Part shown: positions 46,154 to 57,344 of the stretch, piece after piece
How positions within the stretch are numbered: the stretch's first letter is position 1
How the letters are laid out: the number at the start of each line of letters is the position of its first letter
Assembly: GCA_018816335.1 (NCBI GenBank)
Contig: JAHIVP010000013.1
Location: 19,226-83,225, forward strand
Length of the DNA: 64,000 nucleotides
Origin: Nanobdellota archaeon
GTDB lineage: Archaea; Nanobdellota; Nanobdellia; Pacearchaeales; GW2011-AR1
Direction: 5' to 3'
Notes under the pieces: model-generated
Databases searched by the model: none
The model's input: the letters and a program-made list of their open reading frames with translations, nothing else
What the model was told of the DNA's origin: nothing
Program-made: the position numbers and the translations under genes

Positions 46154-46850
46154 TGTATTAATGCCTATGTTTAATGAACAAGACATAGTAGAAAATACAA
46201 AAGTTGTTGAGGACGAAATAAAAAAAACAGGATTAGACTATGAGATTATTATAGTAGATGATTGTTCAACTAATGACTGTTATTCTAAAGCAAGAAGCAT
46301 ACCTTCTAAAAAAGTTAAGGTCATAACTTACAAACCAAATAATGGGAAAGGATATGCTTTAATGCACGGATTTAAACACTCAACAGGAGATTATGTTATG
46401 TTTATTGACTCTGATTTAGATTTACATCCACGAACAATTCATAATTTTTTAGAATATCTCCCAAAATATGATATTGTTATAGGAAGTAAAAGACACCCAG
46501 AATCTAAAGTCCACTATCCAATAGCAAGAAAAATATTAAGCAGAGCAACACAACTAGCTGTCAAAACCCTCTTCAACCTAAATGTTAAAGACACTCAAGT
46601 AGGCTTAAAATTATTCAAAAGAGAAGTATTAGAAAAAGTTGTCCCAAAAATTTTAGTAAAAAGATGGGCATTTGATCTAGAACTTTTAGTAGTTGCGAAC
46701 AAAGAAAAATACAAAATAATCGAGCGCCCTATTGAACTAAATTTCAAATTTTCTTCAACAATAAAACCTCAGACAATTTTCTACAGCTTTCTAGATATGC
46801 TCGCTATATTTTATAGACTTAAAATATTGAGATATTATGATCAACAATGA
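46143..46850 (+). CDS. GT2 glycosyltransferase (DPM1-like polyprenyl-phosphate sugar synthase)
   Basis: VLMPMFNE...IIIVDDCS...FIDSDLD (DxD). Confidence 0.7.
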   Translation: MKISVLMPMFNEQDIVENTKVVEDEIKKTGLDYEIIIVDDCSTNDCYSKARSIPSKKVKVITYKPNNGKGYALMHGFKHSTGDYVMFIDSDLDLHPRTIHNFLEYLPKYDIVIGSKRHPESKVHYPIARKILSRATQLAVKTLFNLNVKDTQVGLKLFKREVLEKVVPKILVKRWAFDLELLVVANKEKYKIIERPIELNFKFSSTIKPQTIFYSFLDMLAIFYRLKILRYYDQQ

Positions 46851-47821
46851 AATCAAAAATAATTTTTTCAATAATCATTCCTGTAAAAGAAATAAACCAA
46901 CATGTTTTAAACCACATCCCAATATTGTTAGATCTAAATTATCCCAAAGACAAGTATGAGATTTTAGTCTTACCTGATGAAGACAATAAAAAACTAAGAT
47001 TAATGGATGTAAAAATTATTCCTACTGGTTCAGCAGGGCCTGCCAAAAAAAGAGATTTAGGAACAAAACATTCAAAAGGAAAGTATCTAGTTTTTATCGA
47101 CGATGATGCATATCCTAAAAGAGATTACTTAAAAGTTGCAGAGAAGTTACTTGAAAATGAAAAAATAATCTCTGGCCCTAATTTAACTCCTCCTGAAAGT
47201 AATATTTGGCAAAAAGCTTCTGGAGGGGTTTTTTCAAACCTATTTGTAAGCGGGCCAGCAAGAGCAAGATACAGGAAAACTAAAAAAAAATATCTTGATG
47301 ATGCACCATCTTGTAATTTTATAATTGATAAAAATATATTTAATACCATTGGAGGATTTGATTCTGAATATTGGCCTGGTGAAGATTCTAAACTTTGTAA
47401 CGATCTTTTAGAAAAAGGATACACAATATTATATGATCCTGATTTAATAGTTTACCATCATAGAAGACCTTTGTTCAAAGAACATTTAAAACAAGTTTGG
47501 AGTTATTCGGTTCATAGGGGATATTTTGCTAAAAAATTCCCTACAAACTCAAGGAAAATAAAATACTTTCTTCCATCTCTCTTAATTTTTATAGGAGCAA
47601 TTCTTTTACTATTTTCATTCTTCTTTACATTTTTATTTCATTTCCTAATTACCTTGATCTTGATATTTTCTTTAATTACAGTCTTAGACTCAAAAGACCT
47701 TAAAAATATAAGAGTAATTATTTTAACCATAATAGGTTCTTTTTTAACCATAATAATATATGGCATTGGAATTTTAAGAGGATTATTAAAAAAAGACCTT
47801 AGAAGTAAGTATAGAAAATAG
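46847..47821 (+). CDS. GT2 glycosyltransferase with C-terminal TM helices
   Basis: FSIIIPVKE...FIDDDAYP. Confidence 0.65.
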   Translation: MKSKIIFSIIIPVKEINQHVLNHIPILLDLNYPKDKYEILVLPDEDNKKLRLMDVKIIPTGSAGPAKKRDLGTKHSKGKYLVFIDDDAYPKRDYLKVAEKLLENEKIISGPNLTPPESNIWQKASGGVFSNLFVSGPARARYRKTKKKYLDDAPSCNFIIDKNIFNTIGGFDSEYWPGEDSKLCNDLLEKGYTILYDPDLIVYHHRRPLFKEHLKQVWSYSVHRGYFAKKFPTNSRKIKYFLPSLLIFIGAILLLFSFFFTFLFHFLITLILIFSLITVLDSKDLKNIRVIILTIIGSFLTIIIYGIGILRGLLKKDLRSKYRK

Positions 47822-47860
47822 TATAGAAACATTTTTAATAACGACTCTTAACTCTATAAT

Positions 47861-49279
47861 ATGAAAGTTGTATTATTAAGCCCTCCACAAAATGACAAGA
47901 TGTTTCCATCTTTAGGAATTGCATATATTGGAGCAGTTCTTAAAAAATCTGGACATGATATCCTGATTATAGACGGAGCAGGAATTTCTCTTAAAGAAAT
48001 GATTGCCTCTATTAAAGATTATCATCCAGATATCGCAGGAATAACAATGAACACAACAAATAGATTTGATGTTCTAGAGTTAGCTAAACAAATCAAATCA
48101 AATCTAAAAATTCCAATTATTCTTGGAGGGCCACACCCAACTTTACTTCCAGACCAACTTCTAAAGAACTATAAATATATTGATTTTATTGTTAGGAATG
48201 AGGGAGAATACTCAACTTTAGAATTAGTTAATTCTCTAGAAAAAAAGAAAACATTCTCTAACATTAAAGGTATTTCATATAGAGATAACAATAAAGTAAT
48301 ACATAATCCTCCAGCAGAACCAATATTAGACTTAGATAAACTTCCATTTCCAGACTGGAGTTTTTTCAATTTGAAAAAATATTCAAAACAAGTAGAATAT
48401 CCAGAGAAATACAAAAAATATCCTGTGGGAAGTGTTATTAGCTCAAGAGGGTGTCCTTTTAGATGTACTTTTTGTTCTTCAAGCCAATTTTGGGGACATA
48501 AAAATAGATTAAGATCTCCAGAAAATATTATCGGAGAAATAAAAATGTTATATGGTTTAGGAATAAGATTTATTGTTTTTAATGATGATAACTTTTCATC
48601 AAATACAAAAAGAGCAATACAGATATGTAAATTAATGATAAAAGAAGGACTTTCTGAAAAAATGGGTTGGCAATGTAGAGCAGAAGTAAATGTTATGAAT
48701 GAAGAATTAATAAAATGGATGAAAAAAGCTAACTGTAACATGATTGAGTTTGGAATAGAAGATTGCACACAAGAAGGATTAAAATGGTTCAAAAAAAGCC
48801 ATACTCAGCAACAAGTTGACAAAGCATTTGATTTATGTAGAAAATATAAAATAAAAACAAAAAGTTATTTTATTGTTGGAGGAGATCACGAGACAAAAGA
48901 AAACATTAAAAGAAAAAAGAAATATATAGAAAATTTAAATCCTGATATTACTACAGCATCAATTCTTCTAGCATACCCAGGAACAGAAGTTTATGATCTA
49001 GGAAAAAATCAAAAATTATTTGATGAGTCTGTATGGTTAGATAATTGTGTAGGTGAAAAATTCCATAGTCGAGCACCAATATATACAGGCCCACACTTAA
49101 GTTACTCTGAATTAATTTCTGCATCTGCAGATATCAATTATTGGTGGGGAAGAAAAAAAGGACAATATGGGATAAAAGATAATATAAAAATTGCAGTAGA
49201 TATGTTAAAACAAGGAGATATCAATAAATTATTTAGAATGAGTCTTGCAGTTATAAAACAAAAACTTTCTTTCAAATGA
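47861..49279 (+). CDS. B12-binding-domain radical SAM enzyme (class B)
   Basis: N-terminal Rossmann/B12-like domain. CxxxCxxC box RGCPFRCTFCSS. Confidence 0.75.
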   Translation: MKVVLLSPPQNDKMFPSLGIAYIGAVLKKSGHDILIIDGAGISLKEMIASIKDYHPDIAGITMNTTNRFDVLELAKQIKSNLKIPIILGGPHPTLLPDQLLKNYKYIDFIVRNEGEYSTLELVNSLEKKKTFSNIKGISYRDNNKVIHNPPAEPILDLDKLPFPDWSFFNLKKYSKQVEYPEKYKKYPVGSVISSRGCPFRCTFCSSSQFWGHKNRLRSPENIIGEIKMLYGLGIRFIVFNDDNFSSNTKRAIQICKLMIKEGLSEKMGWQCRAEVNVMNEELIKWMKKANCNMIEFGIEDCTQEGLKWFKKSHTQQQVDKAFDLCRKYKIKTKSYFIVGGDHETKENIKRKKKYIENLNPDITTASILLAYPGTEVYDLGKNQKLFDESVWLDNCVGEKFHSRAPIYTGPHLSYSELISASADINYWWGRKKGQYGIKDNIKIAVDMLKQGDINKLFRMSLAVIKQKLSFK

Positions 49280-50211
49280 AACTCTCTATAATCCTCCCCA
49301 CCTACAACAATGAAAAAACAATAGAAGAATGTCTAAATTCTATTTTCTCTCAAAAATTCCCTAAACAAGATTTTGAAGTTTTATTTTTAGACGGAGGTTC
49401 AACAGATAACACATTAAAAATTGCAAAAACATTTCCAGTAAAAATAATAAATAATCCTAAAAGAAATGAAGAAGCAGCAAGAATTTTAGGAATAAAAAAA
49501 TCAAAAGGTGAAATATTAGCTTTTATCGACGCTGATAATATTTTAGTTGGAAATGATTGGTTTAAAAAAATGCTTCAACCTTTCAAAGAAAAAGATATAG
49601 CATTTGCAGACACTTTATATTATTCTTTTAGAAAATCAGATAAACTTGGGGTGAGATATCAAGCTCTAATCGGGGGAGATGACCCAATTGTTTCTTATTT
49701 AGGCTTTTATTCAAGATGGAATTACCATAAAAATAACTGGACAGATTTTCCTTATGAAAACCAAGATAAAGGAGATTATCTAAAAATCTCACTTTCAAAC
49801 AAAGAAAAAGTTCCAGCAATGGGTTCTAATGGTTTTTTAGTAAGAACATCAATAGCAAAAAAATTTATAAAAGACACATTCATACACTCAGACTTTGTCT
49901 ATGATTTAATAAACAACAACCACAATTGTTTTGCTAAAGTTAAAACAGGAATTATTCACAATCAACCCAAATTCTTCTCAAACAAAATTAGAAGAATGCA
50001 AAGAAGACAAACAAAAGAAATTAAAATAAAATATAATTACAATATCAAAAAATCAAAAACTCTCTTAACAGCTATATACATATTACTAATTATTCCTTTA
50101 ATTATTGATACAATTGTTGGTTATATAAGAAAAAAAGATTCTGCATGGCTCTTCCACACTCCAGCAACATTAATATTATTTTTTATGTATCTTTATTATA
50201 GTGTTAGATAA
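49276..50211 (+). CDS. GT2 glycosyltransferase
   Basis: LSIILPTYNNEKTIEECL...FIDADN. Confidence 0.7.
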   Translation: MKLSIILPTYNNEKTIEECLNSIFSQKFPKQDFEVLFLDGGSTDNTLKIAKTFPVKIINNPKRNEEAARILGIKKSKGEILAFIDADNILVGNDWFKKMLQPFKEKDIAFADTLYYSFRKSDKLGVRYQALIGGDDPIVSYLGFYSRWNYHKNNWTDFPYENQDKGDYLKISLSNKEKVPAMGSNGFLVRTSIAKKFIKDTFIHSDFVYDLINNNHNCFAKVKTGIIHNQPKFFSNKIRRMQRRQTKEIKIKYNYNIKKSKTLLTAIYILLIIPLIIDTIVGYIRKKDSAWLFHTPATLILFFMYLYYSVR

Positions 50212-50737
50212 CTTTCAACTTCAACTCAATCTCTCCAACAGGAAAAATCCAACAAAGAAATCTCTCATACATCATCTTAGGGATAATATTATAAAACCAA
50301 CTACAAGTTGTATTAGCAATTGCATGCTCAACACTCAAAAAATTATATCTCCTCTTAACTATCTTCAAATTAAGTTTTTCTCCCATATATCCATTAATTA
50401 AATGCTCAAATGTAAACCATCCAAAAAATCTCTTATGAGTAGGATCATTATAACCAATACCATTTGAAAAATGAGGAACTCTTATATGAATAATCCCTCC
50501 CTTCTTTGTAACTCTAACTAACTCTTTCAATGTCTTCATCAAATCTTCAACATGTTCAAGAATATGTGAACAATAAACTAAATCAAATTCTTCTTTCTTA
50601 AAAGGATAAGGAAATTTATCTAAATTATGTTTAACATCAACCTTATAATCAGAATTAAAATCTAAATTAACCCAATCCACACTCTCACTTGATTTCTTAT
50701 AATCTTTACCACTACCAATATTTAAGAATTTTTTCAT
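50204..50737 (-). CDS. class I SAM-dependent methyltransferase (Methyltransf_11-like)
   Basis: LNIGSGKD glycine-rich SAM motif and CSHILEHVED. Confidence 0.65.
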   Translation of the reverse strand: MKKFLNIGSGKDYKKSSESVDWVNLDFNSDYKVDVKHNLDKFPYPFKKEEFDLVYCSHILEHVEDLMKTLKELVRVTKKGGIIHIRVPHFSNGIGYNDPTHKRFFGWFTFEHLINGYMGEKLNLKIVKRRYNFLSVEHAIANTTCSWFYNIIPKMMYERFLCWIFPVGEIELKLKVI

Positions 50738-50739
50738 TA

Positions 50740-52587
50740 TTACTCAGGAAATTTATATATTATTAATAACGGACTTCCAACCTGTCCATACATTGCAGCT
50801 TGTTCAGGAGTTACAGCCCAAACCTGAACAACAGTTAGATTATGTTTCTCAGGATAACTATAAGCCCACACAGGAGTAAAATGAGGTTCAAATACAGATA
50901 AAATCATATATTGTGGTTTCAATCCTTCAACTTTTTTCTCAAACAAATCAGTCATCCCTGAAATACAACTATCATTATAAATAAAACCTGTATCTCTATC
51001 AGTACAGATAGTCAAAAATGGATCCTTCACAAAATAATCATAACTCTGTCTCTCTGAATAATACTGGTTCTGCACTATAGAAGCAGTCATAATTTTATCA
51101 TCAGGATTAGAATTCATCTTCAACCACTCCCCTCCAAGCTTAATCTCATTATAAGTTAACTTTTTCATTTCTGTTAGTTGTATACTATGATTATAATTCT
51201 CATAAACTCCTCCAAAAATCAAAACTAACAAAACTCCAATTGCAATTATCTCACTATATTTTTTTAATATATCATATAACCCAATAACTCCTTTAGCAGC
51301 AATATAAAAAAGAGGAGGCATTAACATCAACAACCATCTATCATTAGCTGCTCTGAATATCACAACATAAAAAATCAAGTGAACTAAAAGAAGCAACACA
51401 ACAAAAAAGTCAGCATTCAATCTTTTACTTTTTTGTTTCCATAAAACATCTAATCCTAAAACCAATGGAATTAAAGTTATCAATCCTAAAACCAAAGCAA
51501 TCAACCAATAATTATGTAAAAAACTCGTCAACATCGGAACAATATACCAAGCAATAGGTTGATGAACAGAATAAGCTTCCTCTCCAAAATAAAACCTAAT
51601 AAACTCAAACCTTGAAGAAATCATAAATATCAAATAAGGAATAATAGAGATAATAAAAACTACAACCCCTTTCCAAATTGTTTTATCTTTAAACAAAGCC
51701 AACTTTCTTGTAAACAACAAATAAATAGCTATTGTTATCAAAACCAAAGCCAAAGCAAATCTTGCTGAAAAAGCCAATACTCCAAAAACTATAGATAAGT
51801 ATAATCCATAGTTTTTATTTTTTTTAATATAATAACTCCAAAAAAACAACAAAGACAACATCCCAAAAAACACAGACGGAATATCAGTCAAAAGTCTAAA
51901 AGAATAAAAAAACCAAACCCAATAAAAAGACATCATAATAGAAGCTATTAATCCAACTCTTTTATCATACAAATTTCTTCCTAAAGCATAAACCAAATAA
52001 GTTGTAACAATTCCAGGAATTAGTAATGTAAAAAATCTAATTGTAAGTTCTCCAAATCCAAATTTGAAAAAACCAGCCCATATAATTGGCATTAACAAAG
52101 GTCTCATCCCAGTAAAATGACCCCACCACTCAGGAGTTGCCTGCCCAATTGCCCAAACTTTGGAAATTGCTAAATAATCCCCTTCATCCCACCATATTGG
52201 CTGCACCCCCAACCTAAAAAAATAATAAACTCTGATTATAATCACAAAAGCCATCAACAAAATCAATATCAAACTATACTTATTTTTCAAAAGAGCTTTA
52301 ATTCTATCCTCAATCTTCACCTCTCCTCTTTTATCACCTACAAAATCCTCAGGTTGATCGCGCGTAGGCGCGTCTTGGGATTCATGGCTTCTCTTTAGAG
52401 TAGACATGCTCGGGGACTTTGTCTCCGTTGTTTTGGCGCCGGAAACCTCTGGTTTACGAGCGTTTATTATCTCTTCTGTTTCAGAACTTTCTTTCTTTTC
52501 ATTAACTACTTCTTCTTTTGTTTCAGTTCTTTCATTATTAATTGATTCTTCTACTACTTTTTCAGAATCAGAACCCTCATTTTCCAT
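50740..52587 (-). CDS. GT-C fold glycosyltransferase (ArnT/PMT-like) with an acidic low-complexity N-terminal tail of about 95 aa
   Basis: Polytopic membrane protein. WWDEGDY loop motif after the first TM helix. Confidence 0.5.
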   Translation of the reverse strand: MENEGSDSEKVVEESINNERTETKEEVVNEKKESSETEEIINARKPEVSGAKTTETKSPSMSTLKRSHESQDAPTRDQPEDFVGDKRGEVKIEDRIKALLKNKYSLILILLMAFVIIIRVYYFFRLGVQPIWWDEGDYLAISKVWAIGQATPEWWGHFTGMRPLLMPIIWAGFFKFGFGELTIRFFTLLIPGIVTTYLVYALGRNLYDKRVGLIASIMMSFYWVWFFYSFRLLTDIPSVFFGMLSLLFFWSYYIKKNKNYGLYLSIVFGVLAFSARFALALVLITIAIYLLFTRKLALFKDKTIWKGVVVFIISIIPYLIFMISSRFEFIRFYFGEEAYSVHQPIAWYIVPMLTSFLHNYWLIALVLGLITLIPLVLGLDVLWKQKSKRLNADFFVVLLLLVHLIFYVVIFRAANDRWLLMLMPPLFYIAAKGVIGLYDILKKYSEIIAIGVLLVLIFGGVYENYNHSIQLTEMKKLTYNEIKLGGEWLKMNSNPDDKIMTASIVQNQYYSERQSYDYFVKDPFLTICTDRDTGFIYNDSCISGMTDLFEKKVEGLKPQYMILSVFEPHFTPVWAYSYPEKHNLTVVQVWAVTPEQAAMYGQVGSPLLIIYKFPE

Positions 52588-52626
52588 AATAAATAATTAT
52601 TTAAACTATATATAAACATATTCATT

Positions 52627-54129
52627 ATGACACAAAAACCAAAAATTTTATTAATAAATCCACCATTATCAGGAAGTTTAACCTCTGGAATCTTCACAGT
52701 AAAAGTTCCACTAGGTTTAGCTTACATTGCTTCTTATTTAGAAAAACACAACTTCAAACCAGAAATATTAGATTGTATGGCTTATTATGAAAACATAAAA
52801 AAATTATCAAAAAACAATTACAGAATCGGACTTTCTGAAAAAGAGATAATAAAAAAATTAAAACAATTTAATCCAGATATTGTAGGAGTTTCAGGATCAT
52901 ACACAATCCATGAAAAAGACTCATTTGCAATTGCAGACCTAGTTAAAAAACACACAAAAGCTTTAGTAGTTTTTGGAGGAGCACACACTTCAGCAATTCC
53001 ACACTCAGTTCTAAAAAACAAAAATGTAGATATAGCAGTAATTGGAGAAGGAGAATTAACATTCTTAGATATAGTAAAAAATCACAAAACCAAAAAATTA
53101 TACAATCTCAAAGGAATTGCTTTTAGAAAACAAAAATCCATCAAAATAAATCCAATAAAAGAATATATTGAAAATCTTGATGACCTTCCATTTCCAGCAC
53201 ATCATTTGCTTCCAATGGAAAAATACCTCAAACATCCTCAAAACTCTTTTGCAAATATGAGGGGTCCTACTACAGAAATAATAACATCTAGGGGATGTCC
53301 ATATAATTGCATATTTTGTTCAATTCACACTGTCTGGGGAAAAAAATGGAGAGCTCGTTCAGCTAAAAATGTTGTAGACGAATTAGAACACCTTCACAAA
53401 AAATACAAAATAAAAGAATTTAGATTTTTTGATGATAATCTTACTTGGAAAAAAGATAGAATAATGGAGATTTGTAATGAGATAATTCAAAGAAAACTAA
53501 AAATAAAATGGGACACTCCAAACGGAGTTGCAATTGCAACACTAGATGAGGAAGTTCTCAAAAAAATGAAACAAGCTGGATATTACAAAATTGTTATGGG
53601 AATAGAATCAGGCTCAGAACAAACACTAAGATTCATGAGAAAACCAGTCATGCTAAAAAAAGCTAGAGAAATAATAAAAATATGTAACAAACTTGGAATC
53701 TGGACATGGTCAACCTTTGTTATAGGATTCCCTGATGAATCTATAAAAGAAATTCAAAAAACAATTGATTTCTCAAAAAACTCAGGATTAAATTTTGCAA
53801 CTTTTTATATTGCCCAACCTTATGAAGGAACAGATATGTATGATGTTTACAAGAAAAAAGGATTACTAAAAGACGGACTATCAAACCAAAGTTCAGTAAC
53901 AAACTCAAAATATGACACAAACCATTTTACTGCAGAACAATTAGCAAAAATACAAAAAAATGCATATTCAGGATTCATTAAACATCGTATGATTTCTTAT
54001 CTAAATCCAATAAAACTCTATAAAGAATTTCTAAACAGAATCAAATCTTTCGAAGATTTATATTATGTTTTAAGAATGTTTAAGAATTTAGTTGGGAAGG
54101 AGTACTCTCCTATTTATCAAAAAGACTAA
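52627..54129 (+). CDS. B12-binding-domain radical SAM enzyme
   Basis: TSRGCPYNCIFCS box. Paralog of 47861, 60136 and 63199. Confidence 0.75.
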   Translation: MTQKPKILLINPPLSGSLTSGIFTVKVPLGLAYIASYLEKHNFKPEILDCMAYYENIKKLSKNNYRIGLSEKEIIKKLKQFNPDIVGVSGSYTIHEKDSFAIADLVKKHTKALVVFGGAHTSAIPHSVLKNKNVDIAVIGEGELTFLDIVKNHKTKKLYNLKGIAFRKQKSIKINPIKEYIENLDDLPFPAHHLLPMEKYLKHPQNSFANMRGPTTEIITSRGCPYNCIFCSIHTVWGKKWRARSAKNVVDELEHLHKKYKIKEFRFFDDNLTWKKDRIMEICNEIIQRKLKIKWDTPNGVAIATLDEEVLKKMKQAGYYKIVMGIESGSEQTLRFMRKPVMLKKAREIIKICNKLGIWTWSTFVIGFPDESIKEIQKTIDFSKNSGLNFATFYIAQPYEGTDMYDVYKKKGLLKDGLSNQSSVTNSKYDTNHFTAEQLAKIQKNAYSGFIKHRMISYLNPIKLYKEFLNRIKSFEDLYYVLRMFKNLVGKEYSPIYQKD

Positions 54130-55020
54130 TCACTTAGTACTCTCAATCCTAGTCCATATATCTTCAAACTTCCAAGTATTCTTATTAATATCCTTAAATA
54201 TCCTATACCATAAATAAATCCTAGCAAACACAAGCCCAATTGTCCAAAAAATCTCTTTCAAACTCCTAGGAAATCTCAAAACAAAAAATATTCCTTTAGA
54301 TTCCTTGCTCACAGACCTATCAACTTCTTGCTTAAAAATATACTTTATCTGATTATATCCTCCAGCACTTCTTCTCTTCTGAGAAATCCAATCTTTGAAA
54401 ATAGTAGGATACTTCACATTAACAATTGCTTCAGGCTCATAAATTACTTTATACTTTTTATTATAAATCATATAAGAAATCAAAGCATCATCTGACAATG
54501 TATCTTTAGGAATTTCTTTCACAACTCCAGCTCTTATTGAATATAAATATCCAGAACAAGCCATAACCCCTTTCTCATGATTCAGCCTCTGTTTATGAAC
54601 AGCACTAGTCAACAAATGAGCCCAATACCCAAACTTATTATTCCTTGAATTAGTAGGAATCGGATGCCCACAAACAGCTCCAACTTTTTTATCTTCAAAT
54701 CTCTTCAAAAATAAATTAACACAACCATCATTAACAAAAACATCTCCATCACTTAATATCAAAATCTCTCCTTTAACTTCCTTAAAAATCATATTCAAAG
54801 CAATCGGTTTTCCTTTTCCAGGATCTTTAAAATACTTAATCTGTTTATATTTTTTCTGATACTTCCTAATCACTTCTCTAGTTTCTTCATCAGGACAAGC
54901 AGCAATCAATTCATAAGGAACTTTAATATCTTGCTTAACAAAACTCTCAATTGCCTTTCCAATTGTCTTTGGTTCTTTCCATGCAGTTATTATAATGCTC
55001 AACTTTAATTTAGCCATCAA
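54130..55020 (-). CDS. GT2 glycosyltransferase
   Basis: LSIIITAWKE...LSDGDVF. Confidence 0.65.
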   Translation of the reverse strand: MMAKLKLSIIITAWKEPKTIGKAIESFVKQDIKVPYELIAACPDEETREVIRKYQKKYKQIKYFKDPGKGKPIALNMIFKEVKGEILILSDGDVFVNDGCVNLFLKRFEDKKVGAVCGHPIPTNSRNNKFGYWAHLLTSAVHKQRLNHEKGVMACSGYLYSIRAGVVKEIPKDTLSDDALISYMIYNKKYKVIYEPEAIVNVKYPTIFKDWISQKRRSAGGYNQIKYIFKQEVDRSVSKESKGIFFVLRFPRSLKEIFWTIGLVFARIYLWYRIFKDINKNTWKFEDIWTRIESTK

Positions 55021-56122
55021 TAATCTTCTCCAAATCTTTAATTAAAATACTCCACTTAAATCTCTCAGCAAATTTTCTTGTATCTTTCTGAATTTTCTCA
55101 ATTATTTTAATATTATTCTTATCTAAAACATATTCAAGTTTTGATTTTAAATCTTTATAATCATCTAACTCAAACAAAAAACCATTCTTACCATTTTTTA
55201 TTATATCAACTGCTCCTTTTGTTTTACTAGCAATTACAATCTTTCCTAAAGCCATTGTTTCAATCAAAGCTTGAGGCATAGCCTCTCTTTTGCTAGGCAA
55301 AACAAAAACATCTGCTTCCTGAATCTTTTTAATTTTCTTTTTCAAATCATACACAGGATCATTAAAATTTATATTTTTAGCATCTAATTTTTTTACTAAT
55401 TCTTTTAATTCTTCTAAATAATCTTCTTCTGCAGGACCTACAATATCTAAATTTATATCTTTGATTTCAGAAATAGCTTTAATTAAAACTTCTAGATTTT
55501 TTATTGGAGCTATTCTTCCTAAAAATAAAACTTTTTTTCCTCTAAACTTTTTCACTTGTTCCTTGAAAAACTCATCAGGAATTCCATTTGGAATATAAAC
55601 AATTTTTTCTTCAGGACATCTGAGTTCTAACAAATAAGGTTTTTCCCAATAAGTGATAGCAATAACTTTATCATATTTACTAAAATTTTTCTTAAACATC
55701 AAATCATATAACTTAACTCCTAACTCTAACTTTTTACTTCTCAACCCTTTTTCCACAAATGGAGCATGAGTAACTAAATAACACTTAGCTCCGTGTTTCT
55801 TAGCCAAATCTAATCCTTGATTTGTATGAGGATGCCTATAAACATGAACAATAACAATATCTGGCTTTAACTCTGCAAACTCTTTTTTAAAATTCCAAAA
55901 ATGTGCATTCTCTCCAACAGACAATTTAACAGGAAATCTTCTAATCTTCACCCCTTCCCACTCATCTTTATCAGGAACCTTTTTATTACTCCCTTTTTCA
56001 ATATCTGAAGAAAACACATAAACTTCATGCCCTGCTTTTTTTAACAATCTAGCCTCAGAAAAAACCCTTGTCCAAACTCCACAAACTCCTGCAGAATACG
56101 GACATATCTCTAAAATCTTCAT
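55010..56122 (-). CDS. GT4 (glycosyltransferase group 1) enzyme
   Basis: C-terminal EAMPQALIETMALGKIVIASK (E-x7-E). Confidence 0.75.
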   Translation of the reverse strand: MKILEICPYSAGVCGVWTRVFSEARLLKKAGHEVYVFSSDIEKGSNKKVPDKDEWEGVKIRRFPVKLSVGENAHFWNFKKEFAELKPDIVIVHVYRHPHTNQGLDLAKKHGAKCYLVTHAPFVEKGLRSKKLELGVKLYDLMFKKNFSKYDKVIAITYWEKPYLLELRCPEEKIVYIPNGIPDEFFKEQVKKFRGKKVLFLGRIAPIKNLEVLIKAISEIKDINLDIVGPAEEDYLEELKELVKKLDAKNINFNDPVYDLKKKIKKIQEADVFVLPSKREAMPQALIETMALGKIVIASKTKGAVDIIKNGKNGFLFELDDYKDLKSKLEYVLDKNNIKIIEKIQKDTRKFAERFKWSILIKDLEKIIDG

Positions 56123-56171
56123 TTTATTCCAGTATCATTAATTTTATAAAACCCCTCCTGTTTTAAAGCTT

Positions 56172-57200
56172 ATGAATTTAAAATACCTCTTTAAAGAGTA
56201 TAAATACTACAAAAAATTAGGAGGGCTAAAAAATATATTTGTTAAATTTATATTTTCAAAAACTCCCTTAAAAAAAGTTGTCAATTCTTCTTTTTATAAT
56301 AAATATTATTCTAATATGATTAACAAAAAATCCAAGAAATCTAATACAAAATTCCTCCAAATTGAAAACACAAATCTTTGTAATGCAACCTGTGTTATGT
56401 GTCCTCATGTATCAATGAAAAGAAAAAAAACAACCATGTCTTTTGAAGACTTTAAAAAAATCACAAAAAATGTTATAGATCATGAAAAGATAAAAGTTGT
56501 GATAATAACTGGATTTGGTGAACCTTTCTTAGATAAAACAATAGTTGATAAAATAAAATGGTTAAATCAAAACTACCCAGATATTAAAATAGATATCTAT
56601 ACAAATGTCTCAATGTTAACTCCAAAAATAACAGACAAATTACTAGAACTGAAAATCCACAAAATAAATTTTTCAGTAAATGGAACAGAAAAGGTTTACA
56701 ATAAAATAATGGGTTTAGATTACGAAAAAACAAAAGAACATATAAATTATTTTTATGAACAAAAGAAAAAACTAAACAAAAAGTTCCCTCTAACAAACAT
56801 CTCTTTAATGATTATAAAAGACAACGAAGCAGAAATAAAAAAATTCATTAATTTTTGGAATAACAAATCAGATTCTATTATGGTTTATATTCCATCTGAT
56901 TGGGCAGGCAAAAAAAAGATTGATTATGTATCTGAAATTCCATTTAAGAAAAAAAGATGGCCATGTCCAGCTTTATGGCAATTTATAACCGTAGATGTGG
57001 AAGGAAATCTAATTATGTGTTGCAGAGATTATGAATCTATTATAAAATTTGGAAACCTTCTTAAAAATAATATTAAAGAAATTAAAAATTCAAATAAATT
57101 TAAAGACTTACAACAAAAACATCTTGACTTTAATTTTTCAACACCTGTATGTTCAACATGTGACAATGCTTATGATTCAAGTCTAAACTGGTTTAATTAA
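56172..57200 (+). CDS. radical SAM enzyme with a Cys-rich SPASM/twitch-like C-terminal domain
   Basis: CNATCVMCPH box. C-terminus CPALW...MCCRDY...CSTCDNAY. Confidence 0.7.
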   Translation: MNLKYLFKEYKYYKKLGGLKNIFVKFIFSKTPLKKVVNSSFYNKYYSNMINKKSKKSNTKFLQIENTNLCNATCVMCPHVSMKRKKTTMSFEDFKKITKNVIDHEKIKVVIITGFGEPFLDKTIVDKIKWLNQNYPDIKIDIYTNVSMLTPKITDKLLELKIHKINFSVNGTEKVYNKIMGLDYEKTKEHINYFYEQKKKLNKKFPLTNISLMIIKDNEAEIKKFINFWNNKSDSIMVYIPSDWAGKKKIDYVSEIPFKKKRWPCPALWQFITVDVEGNLIMCCRDYESIIKFGNLLKNNIKEIKNSNKFKDLQQKHLDFNFSTPVCSTCDNAYDSSLNWFN

Positions 57201-57344
57201 AATGAATAAAAAACTCCTAAACATATTATTTCTCATCTGGATTATCATAGTTTTCTTTTTCTTCTACAAACAAGAATTAATTCACAATATTGACCATCTT
57301 CCAACTTTTATAAAAAACATAATAAATAATCTTCCTTTTTTCAA